Source: an uncultured delta proteobacterium | GTDB lineage: Bacteria; Myxococcota; UBA727; VGSZ01 | Assembly: GCA_963775425.1 (NCBI GenBank) | Contig: CAVZJB010000017.1 | Location: forward strand, 416,001-480,000 | Reading direction: 5' to 3' | Length of the DNA: 64,000 nt | Part shown: positions 48,601-57,111 of the stretch, piece after piece | Layout of the letters: the number at the start of each line of letters is the position of its first letter | Numbering within the stretch: the stretch's first letter is position 1 | Notes under the pieces: generated by a model | Database searches by the model: none | Seen by the model: only the letters and a program-made list of their open reading frames with translations | Told to the model about the DNA's origin: nothing | Translations under genes and position numbers: made by a program

Positions 48601-51600
48601 GACATGGAGCGCTCGCGCCTGTTCGACGAGATCCTCTTCGGCCCCTCGCCCGAGGGCGCCCCGGGCTTCGAGGCCGCCCGCGCGCATTGGGCGCACCTCG
48701 GGCGCGCCGGGCGAGGGCCGGTCGCCGACCTCGCCGCCAAGCTCGCCGACGACCCATGGCGCGCCGTCGTCGTGCGTGCGCCGGTCGACGCCGTGCGCGC
48801 CGCGTGCGCGGACACGGGCGGCCTGTGCTTCGTCCTCGTGGTGCACACCGACGACGAGGTCGAGATCGGCGGCGCCCCGGCCGCCGTCGACGGTGTCAGC
48901 CGCGCGCTCGGCGTCACCGGCGCGCCCATGCCGCGGATGCCGGCGGTGCACTGCCCGCTCATCGGGCCCGCGCGCGACGCGTACCGCGCGCTTCACCGCC
49001 GCCGCGTGTCGGAGTCCGGCGTGCGCACGTGGTCGCACGGCGTCGACGGAGAGCTCACCTGCAGCGATGACGACGCCTGCGCCGACGCCGTCCTCGCACA
49101 GGCGTCGCGCGCCGTGGACTTCCCCGCTCTCGTGCGCAGGGTCATCGACGCCGGCGTCCGCGTCATCGTCGACGTGAGCCCGCGCGGCCTCGCCGGCACC
49201 TGGGCGGCGCGCACCGCCGGAGCGCGCGCCGACGTCGTCAGCGTCGACGGCACCCTCGCGTCGCTCGCGGCGGCCGCCGCCAGGCTCCACGTCGCCGGCG
49301 TGGACGTCGACGTCACCCGCCTCGCCGCGCTCGCCGAGCGGCCGGCGCCCGCCCGCGTGCTGCGCGTACCGCCGCCCGCGCTCCCGGGCCCGCTGCCGCC
49401 GGCGCCCGTCGTCATCGAGCGCATGACCCGCCCGCCGCGCCTGCCCCCGGTGCTGCCGCAGGGGGCGTCGCTGGCCGTGCCCCTGCCGCTTGCGCTCCCC
49501 GCGAGCGAGCTCCCGGCTCCCAGGGGGGCCGACGCCGGCGACGTCGGCGCTCCGTCGTCGGACGCCGCCGCGTTTTTCGCCGACAACCGGCGCCGCGCGC
49601 TGGCCGCCCACGAGGAGCTGCTCGCCTCGATGGCACGCGGGCACCAGGCGTTCCTCGCGCACCGCGAGGCGCTCACCCGGCGCGCAGTCGCGCTCGCCGA
49701 CGTCGATGCCATCGACGCAGGGCTCGCCGGCACCGTCGTCGACGGCGGCGTCATCGGCGACGAGGCCACCGCTCCGCTCGAAGTTGCGACGCGGGCGCGC
49801 GCGCAGCGAGCCCTGTGGGGTCGCGCGGATCTCGAGCGCCTGGCGTCGGGCCGCATCGCCGACGTCTGGGGCGAGACGTTCGCGGTCCAGGACGGCTTTC
49901 GGCGGCAGGTCCGGATGCCCGAGCCACCGCTCCTCCTCGCGGATCGCGTGATGCGCATCGACGCCTCTCCCGGCGTCCTCGAGAAGAACCGCAGCATCGT
50001 CACCGAGACCGACGTCACCGCGGAGGCCTGGTACCTCCACGAGGGCCGCTGCCCCGCCGGCGTCCTCATCGAGACCGGCCAGGCGGACCTGCTCCTCGTC
50101 AGCTACATGGGCGTCGACTTCGAAAACCGCGGCGAGCGCGTCTACCGCCTCCTCGGCTGCGACCTCACCTACCACGCGCCGCTGCCGCTCGCCGGCACCA
50201 CCCTCGAGCACGACATCCACGTGGACGGCTACGCCACCCACGGCGACGTCCGCATCTTCTTCTTCCACTCCGACACCTATGGAATCGACGAAGGTGGGCG
50301 CAAGCAGCTCCTCCTCTCGGTGCGCGAGGGGCAGGCCGGCTTCTTCACCGACCAGGAGCTCGCGCGCTCGGGCGGGGTGCTGTGGTCCCCGCCCGCGCCC
50401 CGCCCGCCCCCGGAGCTGTCCGCGCCGCTGCCGCAGCCGACGCGGAAGCGCGCGCTGAGCCGCGAGGAGCTCGTGGCGTTCTCGGAGGGCGACGCCGCCG
50501 CGTGCTTTGGTCCGGGGTTCGAGATGGCCAGGACGCAGGTGCGCCCGCCGCGCATCCCCGCCGGCCCCCTCCTGCTCATCGACCGCGTCACCGACCTCGA
50601 CCTCGAGGGCGGGTACGTCCGCGCCGAGCTCGACCTCGAGGACCGGTGGTTCTTCGCGGGCCACTTCAAGGACGACCCGTGCATGCCGGGCACCATCATG
50701 TTCGAGGGCTGCCTCGAGGTGCTCGCCGTCGCCCTCGCCGGCGGCGGCTACACGCTGTCGCGCGACGGGTTCCGCTTCGAGCCGGCCGTCGACAAGGCCT
50801 TCGAGCTGCGCTGTCGCGGCCAGGCCGTGCCCTCGTCGCGCACCCTCGTGTACGAGGCGTTCATCAAGCGCATCACCGACGGCCCCGAGCCCGCGGTCGT
50901 CGCCGACGTCCTCGTCACCGTGGACGGGCTCAAGTCGCTTCATTGCGAAAGTGTCGAAGTGAAGCTCTCGGTGGACTGGCCGCTGTCGAGCGCCCGCGGC
51001 TTCTCCGGCCGCGACGGCGTCTCTCCGCGCACCACCCACGCGCTCCTCGCCACCGGCACCGGCCGCCCCTCCGAGGCGTTCCCCGAGCTCTACGCCGGCC
51101 TCGACGACGGACGTCGCGTCCCCCGCCTGCCCGGCCCGCCCTACCACTTCATGAGCCGCGTGGTGGACACCGGCGGGCCCGCCGCCGGCGCGCTCCTGCG
51201 CGGCGAGGACCCGGCGGGCGCGTACGCCGTCGTCGAGTACGACGTCCCGCCCGGCGCCTGGTACTTCGACGACACCTCGCCCTTCGCCGGCGGCGCGATG
51301 CCGTTCGCGGTGTTCCTCGAGGTCGCGCTCCAGCCCTGCGGCTGGGTCTCCAGCGTCGTCGGCAGCGCGCTCACCGCCGGCGACGACCTCTACTACCGCA
51401 ACCTCGACGGCACCTCGCGCCTGCACCGCACCGTGGGCCGCGACGCAGGGACGCTCGTGACGCGCGCGACGCTCCTGAAGTCGTCATCGTCGGGCGGGAT
51501 GATCATCCAGGAGCTCTCGTTCGCCGTCACCACCGCCGACGGCGCCCCCGTCTACGACGGCACCACCGTGTTCGGCTTCTTCCCCCAGGCAGCGCTGGCG

Positions 51601-52152
51601 CGGCAGGTGGGCGTCGGTGGCGCCGGCGACGTCGAGCGCGCGCGCCTGGCGGAGCGCTGCGCGGGCTTCGACGTCGTCGACGCGGGCTTCGCGGGGCCGC
51701 TGCGCATGGTCGATCGCGTCACCGGCTACTGGCCGGGCGCGTCGCGCACCGGTCGCGGCCGCGTCCGCACGGAGAAGGACGTCGACGCCGGGGAGTGGTT
51801 CTTCAAGGCGCACTTCTTCCAGGACCCGGTGCAGCCCGGATCCCTCGGCGTCGAGGCCATGGTGCAGGCGCTCCAGTGGCTCGCCGTGCACGAGGGGCAC
51901 CACCGCGGCATGCGCCGCCCGCGCTTCGAGCCGCTCGCCGTCGGTGAGCCCGCCGTGTGGAAGTACCGCGGCCAGGTGACGCCCCGGAGCAAGCTCGTGC
52001 AGGTGGAGCTCGACCTCGTCGACGTCGAGGCCGAGGCCGGCGCCGTGCTGCTGCGCGCCGACGCCGTGCTGTGGGTGGACGGCACGCCGATCTATCGGGT
52101 CGAAGGGCTCGCTGTGCGGCTCGCCGACCTCGACACTACGCTCGAGCGATGA
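45655..52152 (+). CDS. pfaC: PfaBC/Pfa3-like protein: KS-CLF-AT-FabA-type DH repeats
   Basis: GTGA coupling; DAACASS, ECHATGT, GHLITAAG (KS); SAEEHSG (CLF); GISLGE (AT); FAGHFKDDPCMPG and FKAHFFQDPVQPG (DH). Confidence 0.88.
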   Translation: MRPFRPLAVVGQACVLPGASSPAALWDIVSSSRSVVRDVPHGRFRVDAARVAGAPGSCVDRTYSTRGGYVTEGPPSALATTDGLDPLFHWVKDVGRACLVDAGFDAPVRGVRAGAVLGNLSFPTEGMTLFGEQRALDAATRARLGAPWSLDVDPKNRFMSGLPAHLLAEALHLDAGAFALDAACASSLYALRLAALALDDGRADLMLAGAVNRADSLFLHVGFCALQALSPSGVPRPFDRRADGLVPAEGCGFVALMRLEDALAQRRRVHAVIRGVGLRNDGRGKNLLAPSSDGQVRAIRAAWASAGLDPSTADYVECHATGTPMGDRVEVMSVAEAFRGAASTRPLPVGSLKGNLGHLITAAGVAGLIKVIEALRREELPPSVNAEEPLDVLDGRLGLRVQQARAPWAACDGRPRRAGVSAFGFGGNNAHVVVEEHRPERIAIQVPPARPEAGARSEAGGLAVVAAGVRRGAVRTLAGLAAAAAHARAVDGHDVAARTVDVDLDGVRFPPNDLRDALAQQLLAFEAARDAAAGAAALFEDRERVGIFIGMGADVRVTTPGLRWRAPEIARRLAPDLAAGAASFIEALRDSAMPPLGAQGVLGSMPNIPANRLNVQLDVRGPGFTVSAEEHSGLAALDVAAGLIDAGDIDAALVGAVDACDDPRHEAALAALRDSGRGAAGAVVLALTSVARARALDLPVLAVIDASPRAAHGLAGDGAGAGVVDARASRAWLGDTHAASGLFAVAEAVARVAAGVHPEGDGPWLAADRTVRVDVDALSAPRRTLVVTHGGAALSPTPAPLILTVAAADRASLIAALAPSSTPVAGAGRWRAAVVARSAEELTARRAALAQALATSARVDLDGAWAREAEARGPEAIALLCGTAGGVAPGTGLELLRAFPDVTASLAGDVDAAVLEGVLAGTRHAPGCLANLAMASAAMQISARALREVLGVGVGHTLGISLGESNAFFASGVWRDLGAMLMDMERSRLFDEILFGPSPEGAPGFEAARAHWAHLGRAGRGPVADLAAKLADDPWRAVVVRAPVDAVRAACADTGGLCFVLVVHTDDEVEIGGAPAAVDGVSRALGVTGAPMPRMPAVHCPLIGPARDAYRALHRRRVSESGVRTWSHGVDGELTCSDDDACADAVLAQASRAVDFPALVRRVIDAGVRVIVDVSPRGLAGTWAARTAGARADVVSVDGTLASLAAAAARLHVAGVDVDVTRLAALAERPAPARVLRVPPPALPGPLPPAPVVIERMTRPPRLPPVLPQGASLAVPLPLALPASELPAPRGADAGDVGAPSSDAAAFFADNRRRALAAHEELLASMARGHQAFLAHREALTRRAVALADVDAIDAGLAGTVVDGGVIGDEATAPLEVATRARAQRALWGRADLERLASGRIADVWGETFAVQDGFRRQVRMPEPPLLLADRVMRIDASPGVLEKNRSIVTETDVTAEAWYLHEGRCPAGVLIETGQADLLLVSYMGVDFENRGERVYRLLGCDLTYHAPLPLAGTTLEHDIHVDGYATHGDVRIFFFHSDTYGIDEGGRKQLLLSVREGQAGFFTDQELARSGGVLWSPPAPRPPPELSAPLPQPTRKRALSREELVAFSEGDAAACFGPGFEMARTQVRPPRIPAGPLLLIDRVTDLDLEGGYVRAELDLEDRWFFAGHFKDDPCMPGTIMFEGCLEVLAVALAGGGYTLSRDGFRFEPAVDKAFELRCRGQAVPSSRTLVYEAFIKRITDGPEPAVVADVLVTVDGLKSLHCESVEVKLSVDWPLSSARGFSGRDGVSPRTTHALLATGTGRPSEAFPELYAGLDDGRRVPRLPGPPYHFMSRVVDTGGPAAGALLRGEDPAGAYAVVEYDVPPGAWYFDDTSPFAGGAMPFAVFLEVALQPCGWVSSVVGSALTAGDDLYYRNLDGTSRLHRTVGRDAGTLVTRATLLKSSSSGGMIIQELSFAVTTADGAPVYDGTTVFGFFPQAALARQVGVGGAGDVERARLAERCAGFDVVDAGFAGPLRMVDRVTGYWPGASRTGRGRVRTEKDVDAGEWFFKAHFFQDPVQPGSLGVEAMVQALQWLAVHEGHHRGMRRPRFEPLAVGEPAVWKYRGQVTPRSKLVQVELDLVDVEAEAGAVLLRADAVLWVDGTPIYRVEGLAVRLADLDTTLER

Positions 52153-52826
52153 CCGGCGCCTCGGCGGGGAGAGAGCCCCCGCGCCACGACATGGCTGGGC
52201 CCCCGCACGACGACGCGCGTGAGCCCTCGCGCGACCCAAGCGGCCTCGCGCCGCGGTCGTTCTTCCTGCGCGACGTCGACGTCGTCGCGCGCGACCTCGT
52301 CGGACAGTTGCTCGCCAAGGACGGCGTGGTCCTGCGCGTGACCGAGTGCGAGGCCTACGGGCCCGTCGGCGACAGCGCCGCGCACTGCCGCTTCGGCCGC
52401 ACCGCGCGCACGGAGCCCATGTGGCGCGAGGGCGGGCGCGCCTACGTGTACCTCTGCTACGGCATCCACTGGATGCTCAACCTCGTCACCGGCGGCGACG
52501 GCGATCCCCGGGCCGTGCTCGTCCGCTCCGCCGAGGTCGTCGACGGCCTCGACGTCGTCGTCGCCCGCCGCGGGAGGAAGGCCGACGCGCAGCTCGTCGC
52601 CGGCCCCGGCAAGGTCGCGCAGGCCCTCGCCCTCGACGGCGGCTACAACCACCACGATCTCTGCGCCGCCGGCGGCCTCGAGCTCCGGCTCGATCGGCCC
52701 GCCGCGCGCGTCCTCAGCGGCCGGCGCGTGGGCATCGACTACGCGGCGCCGGCGGACCGCCGCGCGCGGCGCAGGTTCGCGCTCGCGGGCGCCGCCGGCG
52801 TCACCGCGCGCGCCGCCCTGCGCTGA
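52149..52826 (+). CDS. mpg: DNA-3-methyladenine glycosylase (MPG/AAG family)
   Basis: VARDLVG, TECEAY, DSAAH, YVYLCYGIH, AVLVRS, GPGK, RVGI. Confidence 0.9.
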   Translation: MTGASAGREPPRHDMAGPPHDDAREPSRDPSGLAPRSFFLRDVDVVARDLVGQLLAKDGVVLRVTECEAYGPVGDSAAHCRFGRTARTEPMWREGGRAYVYLCYGIHWMLNLVTGGDGDPRAVLVRSAEVVDGLDVVVARRGRKADAQLVAGPGKVAQALALDGGYNHHDLCAAGGLELRLDRPAARVLSGRRVGIDYAAPADRRARRRFALAGAAGVTARAALR

Positions 52827-52837
52827 CCCGGGTCGGC

Positions 52838-55078
52838 TCAGGCGCGCGAGCCGCGCAGCAGCCGCAGCACGTCGCTGATGATCCGCGTCCGTCTCGGCCG
52901 GGCGCGCGCCGTCCAGCGCGTGCGCCGCGCCTCGCGCAGGCGCTCGACGACCACGGTGGCGCAGTCGGGCCGGTCCGCGGGCCCCTTCTCGAGGAGCCGG
53001 AGCGTGAGCGCGACGAGTGACTCCGGCAGGTCCTCCCGGAAGCTCCGCGGGTCCGGCGGCGGCCGCTGCGCGTGCGCGATGGCGAGCTCGAGGAGGTCCT
53101 TGGCGGGAAACGCGGGACGACCGGTGAGCATCTCGAAGAGGATGAGCCCGAGCGAGTAGAGGTCGCTTCGGTGGTCGACACGGGCGTCGGCGCGGAAGCG
53201 CTCCGGAGCGGCGTACGCGGGCGAGCCCATGTTCGTCGACGTCGACGACACGTTCAACAGCTTGGCGATGCCGAGGTCGATGAGCACCGCGGTCTCGTGC
53301 CCGGGGTCGGCGCGCACCATGACGTTTTGCGGCTTGAGGTCACGATGAATGAAGTCGAGCTCGTGCAGCTTGGCGAGGCCGAGCGCGATGTGCTCGGCGA
53401 GCTCGACGGCGCGCTCGAGATCGAGGCCGCGCCGGCCGTCGGCGGCCATGATCTCGGCGAGGCTCCTGCCGGGGATGTAGCTGAAGGCGAGGAAGCCGCG
53501 CCGCTGAGCGGCGTCGATCCGCCAGCGATGCAGTTGCGTGATGTGCGGATGACCCTGCATCCCGATCACGGCGCGCACCTCGCGCTCGAACCGCGCGCGC
53601 GCCCCCTCGCTGTCGAGCGGGATGGACTTGAGCGCCACGTCGTAGCCGTTGGTCGGATCGCGCGCGAGGTACACCACGCCCTGGCCACCGTCCCCGAGAC
53701 GCCGCACGATCTCGTAGTCCCAGATGGTGTTCGGCAGGCTGTCCTCGGGCTGCTGCGCCCGCGGCGGCGCCGGCGGCGAGAACCGCGCGAACAAGCGAAG
53801 GCCCGCGGCGACGTCCAGGTGCCGCAGCTCGCGCCAACGTTCCATCCCGCTGCACCACACGAGGCTGCGCGCGGTGATCACGCCGCCCTGCGCGCGCCGG
53901 CGCAGCTCCTCGAGGGTCACGGGTCCGCGGCTGCGGCCGCTCTCGCCCTCCTCGATCCACCACGTGGCATCGCGGCGGTAGAGGCCCGCGAGGTCCGCCA
54001 GCGCGTGCGCCTCCTCGTCGACGAGCCGCGTGGTGACGTCGCCGCGCTCCGCCCGATGCCGCGCGGCCGCCCGCAGCGGCGGCGGAAACGACGCCCGAGG
54101 CGCCTTGCGCGCCGTCGACGCGCTCGACGGCGGCGACGGCGGCGGCGAAACGGCGACGTCTCCGGCGCGCGGCGGCGCGGCGGGCAGGGTGTCGATCGCG
54201 CGCGAGGCAGGGACGGCCGCGAGCGCGGTCCCGGTCGGCACCGCGGCGGCCGACGGCGACGGCGACGGCGCAGGCGCGCTGCGGCGGGAGAGCAGGAAGA
54301 GGGTCGTCTGCACCGAGTCGGCGCCGGGGAGCGACGACGCCAGCGACGCGAGCTCCGCCTCCACCGCCGCCGCCGGCGTCTCTCGCCGCAGCGCCGCGCG
54401 GCAGATCTCGCCGAGGCGACGCGGCATCGAGCGAAAGTGCGCGTCGGCCTCCGGCGCGAGCGGCTCGGCGCGCGGCGCGCGGTGGCCGAGCGCAGGGCTC
54501 GAGACCGCCGTGGCGTACGGGCTCGTGGAGGTCACCAGGCGGAACACCAGCACGCCGAGCGCGGCCACGTCGCCGCGCGTGTCGTCGCTCTCCTCCGGCG
54601 ACGCCAGCGGCGTCGGGCTCCCGCAGAACAAGCCGAGCAGCTTCACCGACGCGTCGGTCTGCACGAACACGTCTTCGGGACCGAAGAAGCCGTGGGCGGT
54701 CCCTCGCGCGTGCGCCCACGCCACCGCCGACGCCACGCGCGCGCCGATGTGCGCGCCGACCGCGAACGACACCGGTCCGCGGCTCTTGCGGTCGCGCACC
54801 ACGGCGCGCGCGTCCCGCCCGTCGACGGGCTCGAGCACCACCGCGCCGGGCCCCGCGTCGAGCACGCCGAGGACGCCGGGGTGCGCGTTGCCGAGCGAGA
54901 CGCGCGCGCGCTCGGCGAGGAAGAAGCGTCGTTCGAGCAGCGCGTCGAGCAGGAGCACCGAAGCCGCGGCGCCGGTGCGCTCGTCGCGCGCCGCGTACAG
55001 CCTGCCCAGCCGGCGCCCCCCGAGGTCGTCGAGGAGGCGCCAGCGGCCGAGCGCGAGGCGCGGGCCCGGGGGCGTCAT
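52838..55078 (-). CDS. Pseudokinase - GYF_2-like - Ser/Thr kinase protein
   Basis: Degenerate N-terminal kinase fold; GPVTLEEL..LVWCSGMERW (GYF_2-like); GDGGQG, ALK, HRDLKPQN, DLG, YAAPE. Confidence 0.8.
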   Translation of the reverse strand: MTPPGPRLALGRWRLLDDLGGRRLGRLYAARDERTGAAASVLLLDALLERRFFLAERARVSLGNAHPGVLGVLDAGPGAVVLEPVDGRDARAVVRDRKSRGPVSFAVGAHIGARVASAVAWAHARGTAHGFFGPEDVFVQTDASVKLLGLFCGSPTPLASPEESDDTRGDVAALGVLVFRLVTSTSPYATAVSSPALGHRAPRAEPLAPEADAHFRSMPRRLGEICRAALRRETPAAAVEAELASLASSLPGADSVQTTLFLLSRRSAPAPSPSPSAAAVPTGTALAAVPASRAIDTLPAAPPRAGDVAVSPPPSPPSSASTARKAPRASFPPPLRAAARHRAERGDVTTRLVDEEAHALADLAGLYRRDATWWIEEGESGRSRGPVTLEELRRRAQGGVITARSLVWCSGMERWRELRHLDVAAGLRLFARFSPPAPPRAQQPEDSLPNTIWDYEIVRRLGDGGQGVVYLARDPTNGYDVALKSIPLDSEGARARFEREVRAVIGMQGHPHITQLHRWRIDAAQRRGFLAFSYIPGRSLAEIMAADGRRGLDLERAVELAEHIALGLAKLHELDFIHRDLKPQNVMVRADPGHETAVLIDLGIAKLLNVSSTSTNMGSPAYAAPERFRADARVDHRSDLYSLGLILFEMLTGRPAFPAKDLLELAIAHAQRPPPDPRSFREDLPESLVALTLRLLEKGPADRPDCATVVVERLREARRTRWTARARPRRTRIISDVLRLLRGSRA

Positions 55079-55217
55079 GGGCCCATGGGTGCGCGCGAAC
55101 GGCCTCGCCGTCAACGGCTCGACAGCCGATGTGAGCGTCGTCACCACGGGTGTTCGACCGATGCCCACCCCACGTCGCATCGACCGTCGAGGGCGTTCGC
55201 ACTACGTTCCCGACGCG

Positions 55218-55331
55218 ATGAAGGGCACGCTCAAGACCCGCACGCTCGACACGGAGTGCGAGGGCATGCGCGCGGTCCTCGACGCCATGACCGTCGCGCT
55301 GTCCAGGCTGGTGAAGGAGGAGAGGTTGTGA
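55218..55331 (+). CDS. Small ORF (37 aa) coupled to the thioesterase gene
   Basis: Every sense codon ends in G or C; stop overlaps the next GTG. Confidence 0.45.
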   Translation: MKGTLKTRTLDTECEGMRAVLDAMTVALSRLVKEERL

Positions 55332-55759
55332 GCCGCTATTCCGTCGACGTCATGCGGCGCCTGATGGAGGAGGAGATCCCCTTCAACAGGCACCTCGGCC
55401 TCAAGGCGAGGAAGCTCGCCGAGGACGAGGTCGAGCTGGTGCTCCCGTTTCGTCCCGAGCACATCGGCGACCCGTTGAGGCCCGCGCTCCATGGCGGCAC
55501 CATCTCCATGCTCATCGACACCGCCGGCGGCGCCGCCGCCTTCATGCAGGTGTCCGCCGGGGAGCGTGTGTCCACCGTCGACCTCGTCGTCGACTACCTG
55601 CTCCCAGGCCCCGCCGTCGACATCATGGCCCGCGCCCGCATCGTGCGCCGGGGCAACCGCGTCTGCATCGCCAACGTCGATGTGGTCCGCGTCGACGACG
55701 AGTCCGTCGTCATCGCCCAGGGCCGCGGCGTGTACAACATCCACAAGCCGCCGACGTGA
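55328..55759 (+). CDS. PaaI-family hotdog thioesterase
   Basis: SD AAGGAGG upstream; IPFNRHLG, LHGGTISMLID, STVDLVVDYL. Confidence 0.88.
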   Translation: MSRYSVDVMRRLMEEEIPFNRHLGLKARKLAEDEVELVLPFRPEHIGDPLRPALHGGTISMLIDTAGGAAAFMQVSAGERVSTVDLVVDYLLPGPAVDIMARARIVRRGNRVCIANVDVVRVDDESVVIAQGRGVYNIHKPPT

Positions 55760-55866
55760 TCGTCGACCGGCGTCCCCTCGGAGACGAGCGCGCCGTGAGG
55801 TCGCCGCGCGGCGCCGCGCGCTGAGGGTCACGACGTCGCGCCGAGGGTCGGAGGTATAGTCGGGCG

Positions 55867-57087
55867 GTGCTGCCGGCGCTCCTCTTCGCGTTCGTCCCCG
55901 CCACCGCCCCTGCGCTGACATACGCGGCGCCGGCGCGGACCTCGCCGGCGACGGCTTTCAAGCTGACCACGTGGGACAAGGGCGAGCACGCGTTCATCGG
56001 GACGGACCTCGTCAACCTGCGCGAGGCCGCGAGCGCAGACGCCGCCGTGCGGAGCCAACTCGACTTCGGTACGCGCGTCACCGTCCTCGGTCGCGGGCCG
56101 CGCGTGAGGCTCGGGCGCGCGGTCAACTGCTGGTACCAGGTGGAGGCGAAGACAGAGCGCGGCGATCGGACGGGCTACGTGTTCGGCGCCACGCTGTCGC
56201 CGTTTTTGGTCGAGGCGGACCTCGATGACGACGGCGTGCAAGAGCGGTTCAGCGTCGGCTGGACCGACACGTTCGCGGCGCGCGTGCGCGCGTTCGAGCC
56301 CGATGCGTTCGGCGGCGACCGTGAGGCCAAGGCGCGCTTCGTACCCGGCGGAACGTGGAAGGGAGGGCGCGTGACGAAGCTCGCCAGCATCCCGAAGCAA
56401 GAGGCGGGGCTGCCGCTCCTCGAGCTCGACGTCCTCATCGGCAATCCGACCGCCCCCTACCAGACCACGTGGCGCACCTTCTACGCGTACCACCCTCCCG
56501 CGGACGGCGGCCGCGGCCCAGGAGAGCTCGTCGAACAGATGTCGACCTATCGCAACAACGACATCGACACGCGCGTGACGTTCGACCCGAACAAGCGCGT
56601 CGGCGAGGTGCGCTTCGTCGAGCACGGCAAGGTGGGTGACAAGGTCGACCGTTACCCGCTGACGGCGGGGGCGAAGCCTGAGGCCTTCTCGTGCACCCTG
56701 GACGCCGCCGGGATCGTCGCAGGCGGCCCCCCGGGGGCGAAGATGAGGCGCGACGGGCGCTTCGCCGTGTTCACCAGGCCGCTCTCCGGCGGTGTCCGTC
56801 TGCGAGTGTCACAGGGCGGCTGCGAGCACTTCGCCCAGGTGTGGCGCTTCGAGGGGGTGACGCCGGAGCCGTCTTTGAAGGGACGCGCACGGCAGGCCGT
56901 CGTCCTGCTCAAACGCGCAGGCGGGCAGCACGCGACGTTGATGTCGAGCGCCATACACGAGGCGCTGGCGACACTGGCCGAAGACGACGAAGGCAATATC
57001 CCGTGTGGCGATGCGACTTGCTCGGTGACGGTCGACGGCGCCGGGGACCGCACCACGCTCATCGTGAGCTACGACTTCCCGCTGTGA
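55867..57087 (+). CDS. Secreted protein with SH3b-like domain
   Basis: Signal-like N-terminus; VNLREAA..WYQV..GYVFG. Confidence 0.6.
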   Translation: MLPALLFAFVPATAPALTYAAPARTSPATAFKLTTWDKGEHAFIGTDLVNLREAASADAAVRSQLDFGTRVTVLGRGPRVRLGRAVNCWYQVEAKTERGDRTGYVFGATLSPFLVEADLDDDGVQERFSVGWTDTFAARVRAFEPDAFGGDREAKARFVPGGTWKGGRVTKLASIPKQEAGLPLLELDVLIGNPTAPYQTTWRTFYAYHPPADGGRGPGELVEQMSTYRNNDIDTRVTFDPNKRVGEVRFVEHGKVGDKVDRYPLTAGAKPEAFSCTLDAAGIVAGGPPGAKMRRDGRFAVFTRPLSGGVRLRVSQGGCEHFAQVWRFEGVTPEPSLKGRARQAVVLLKRAGGQHATLMSSAIHEALATLAEDDEGNIPCGDATCSVTVDGAGDRTTLIVSYDFPL

Positions 57088-57111
57088 CGCCCGGGCGCAG
57101 GGATGCGCCTG

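Noticed and set aside
52149-52826. mpg glycosylase as a self-resistance gene of the pfa cluster
   Set aside because: It is coupled by ATGA, but nothing suggests a DNA-alkylating product and the gene is a common repair enzyme.
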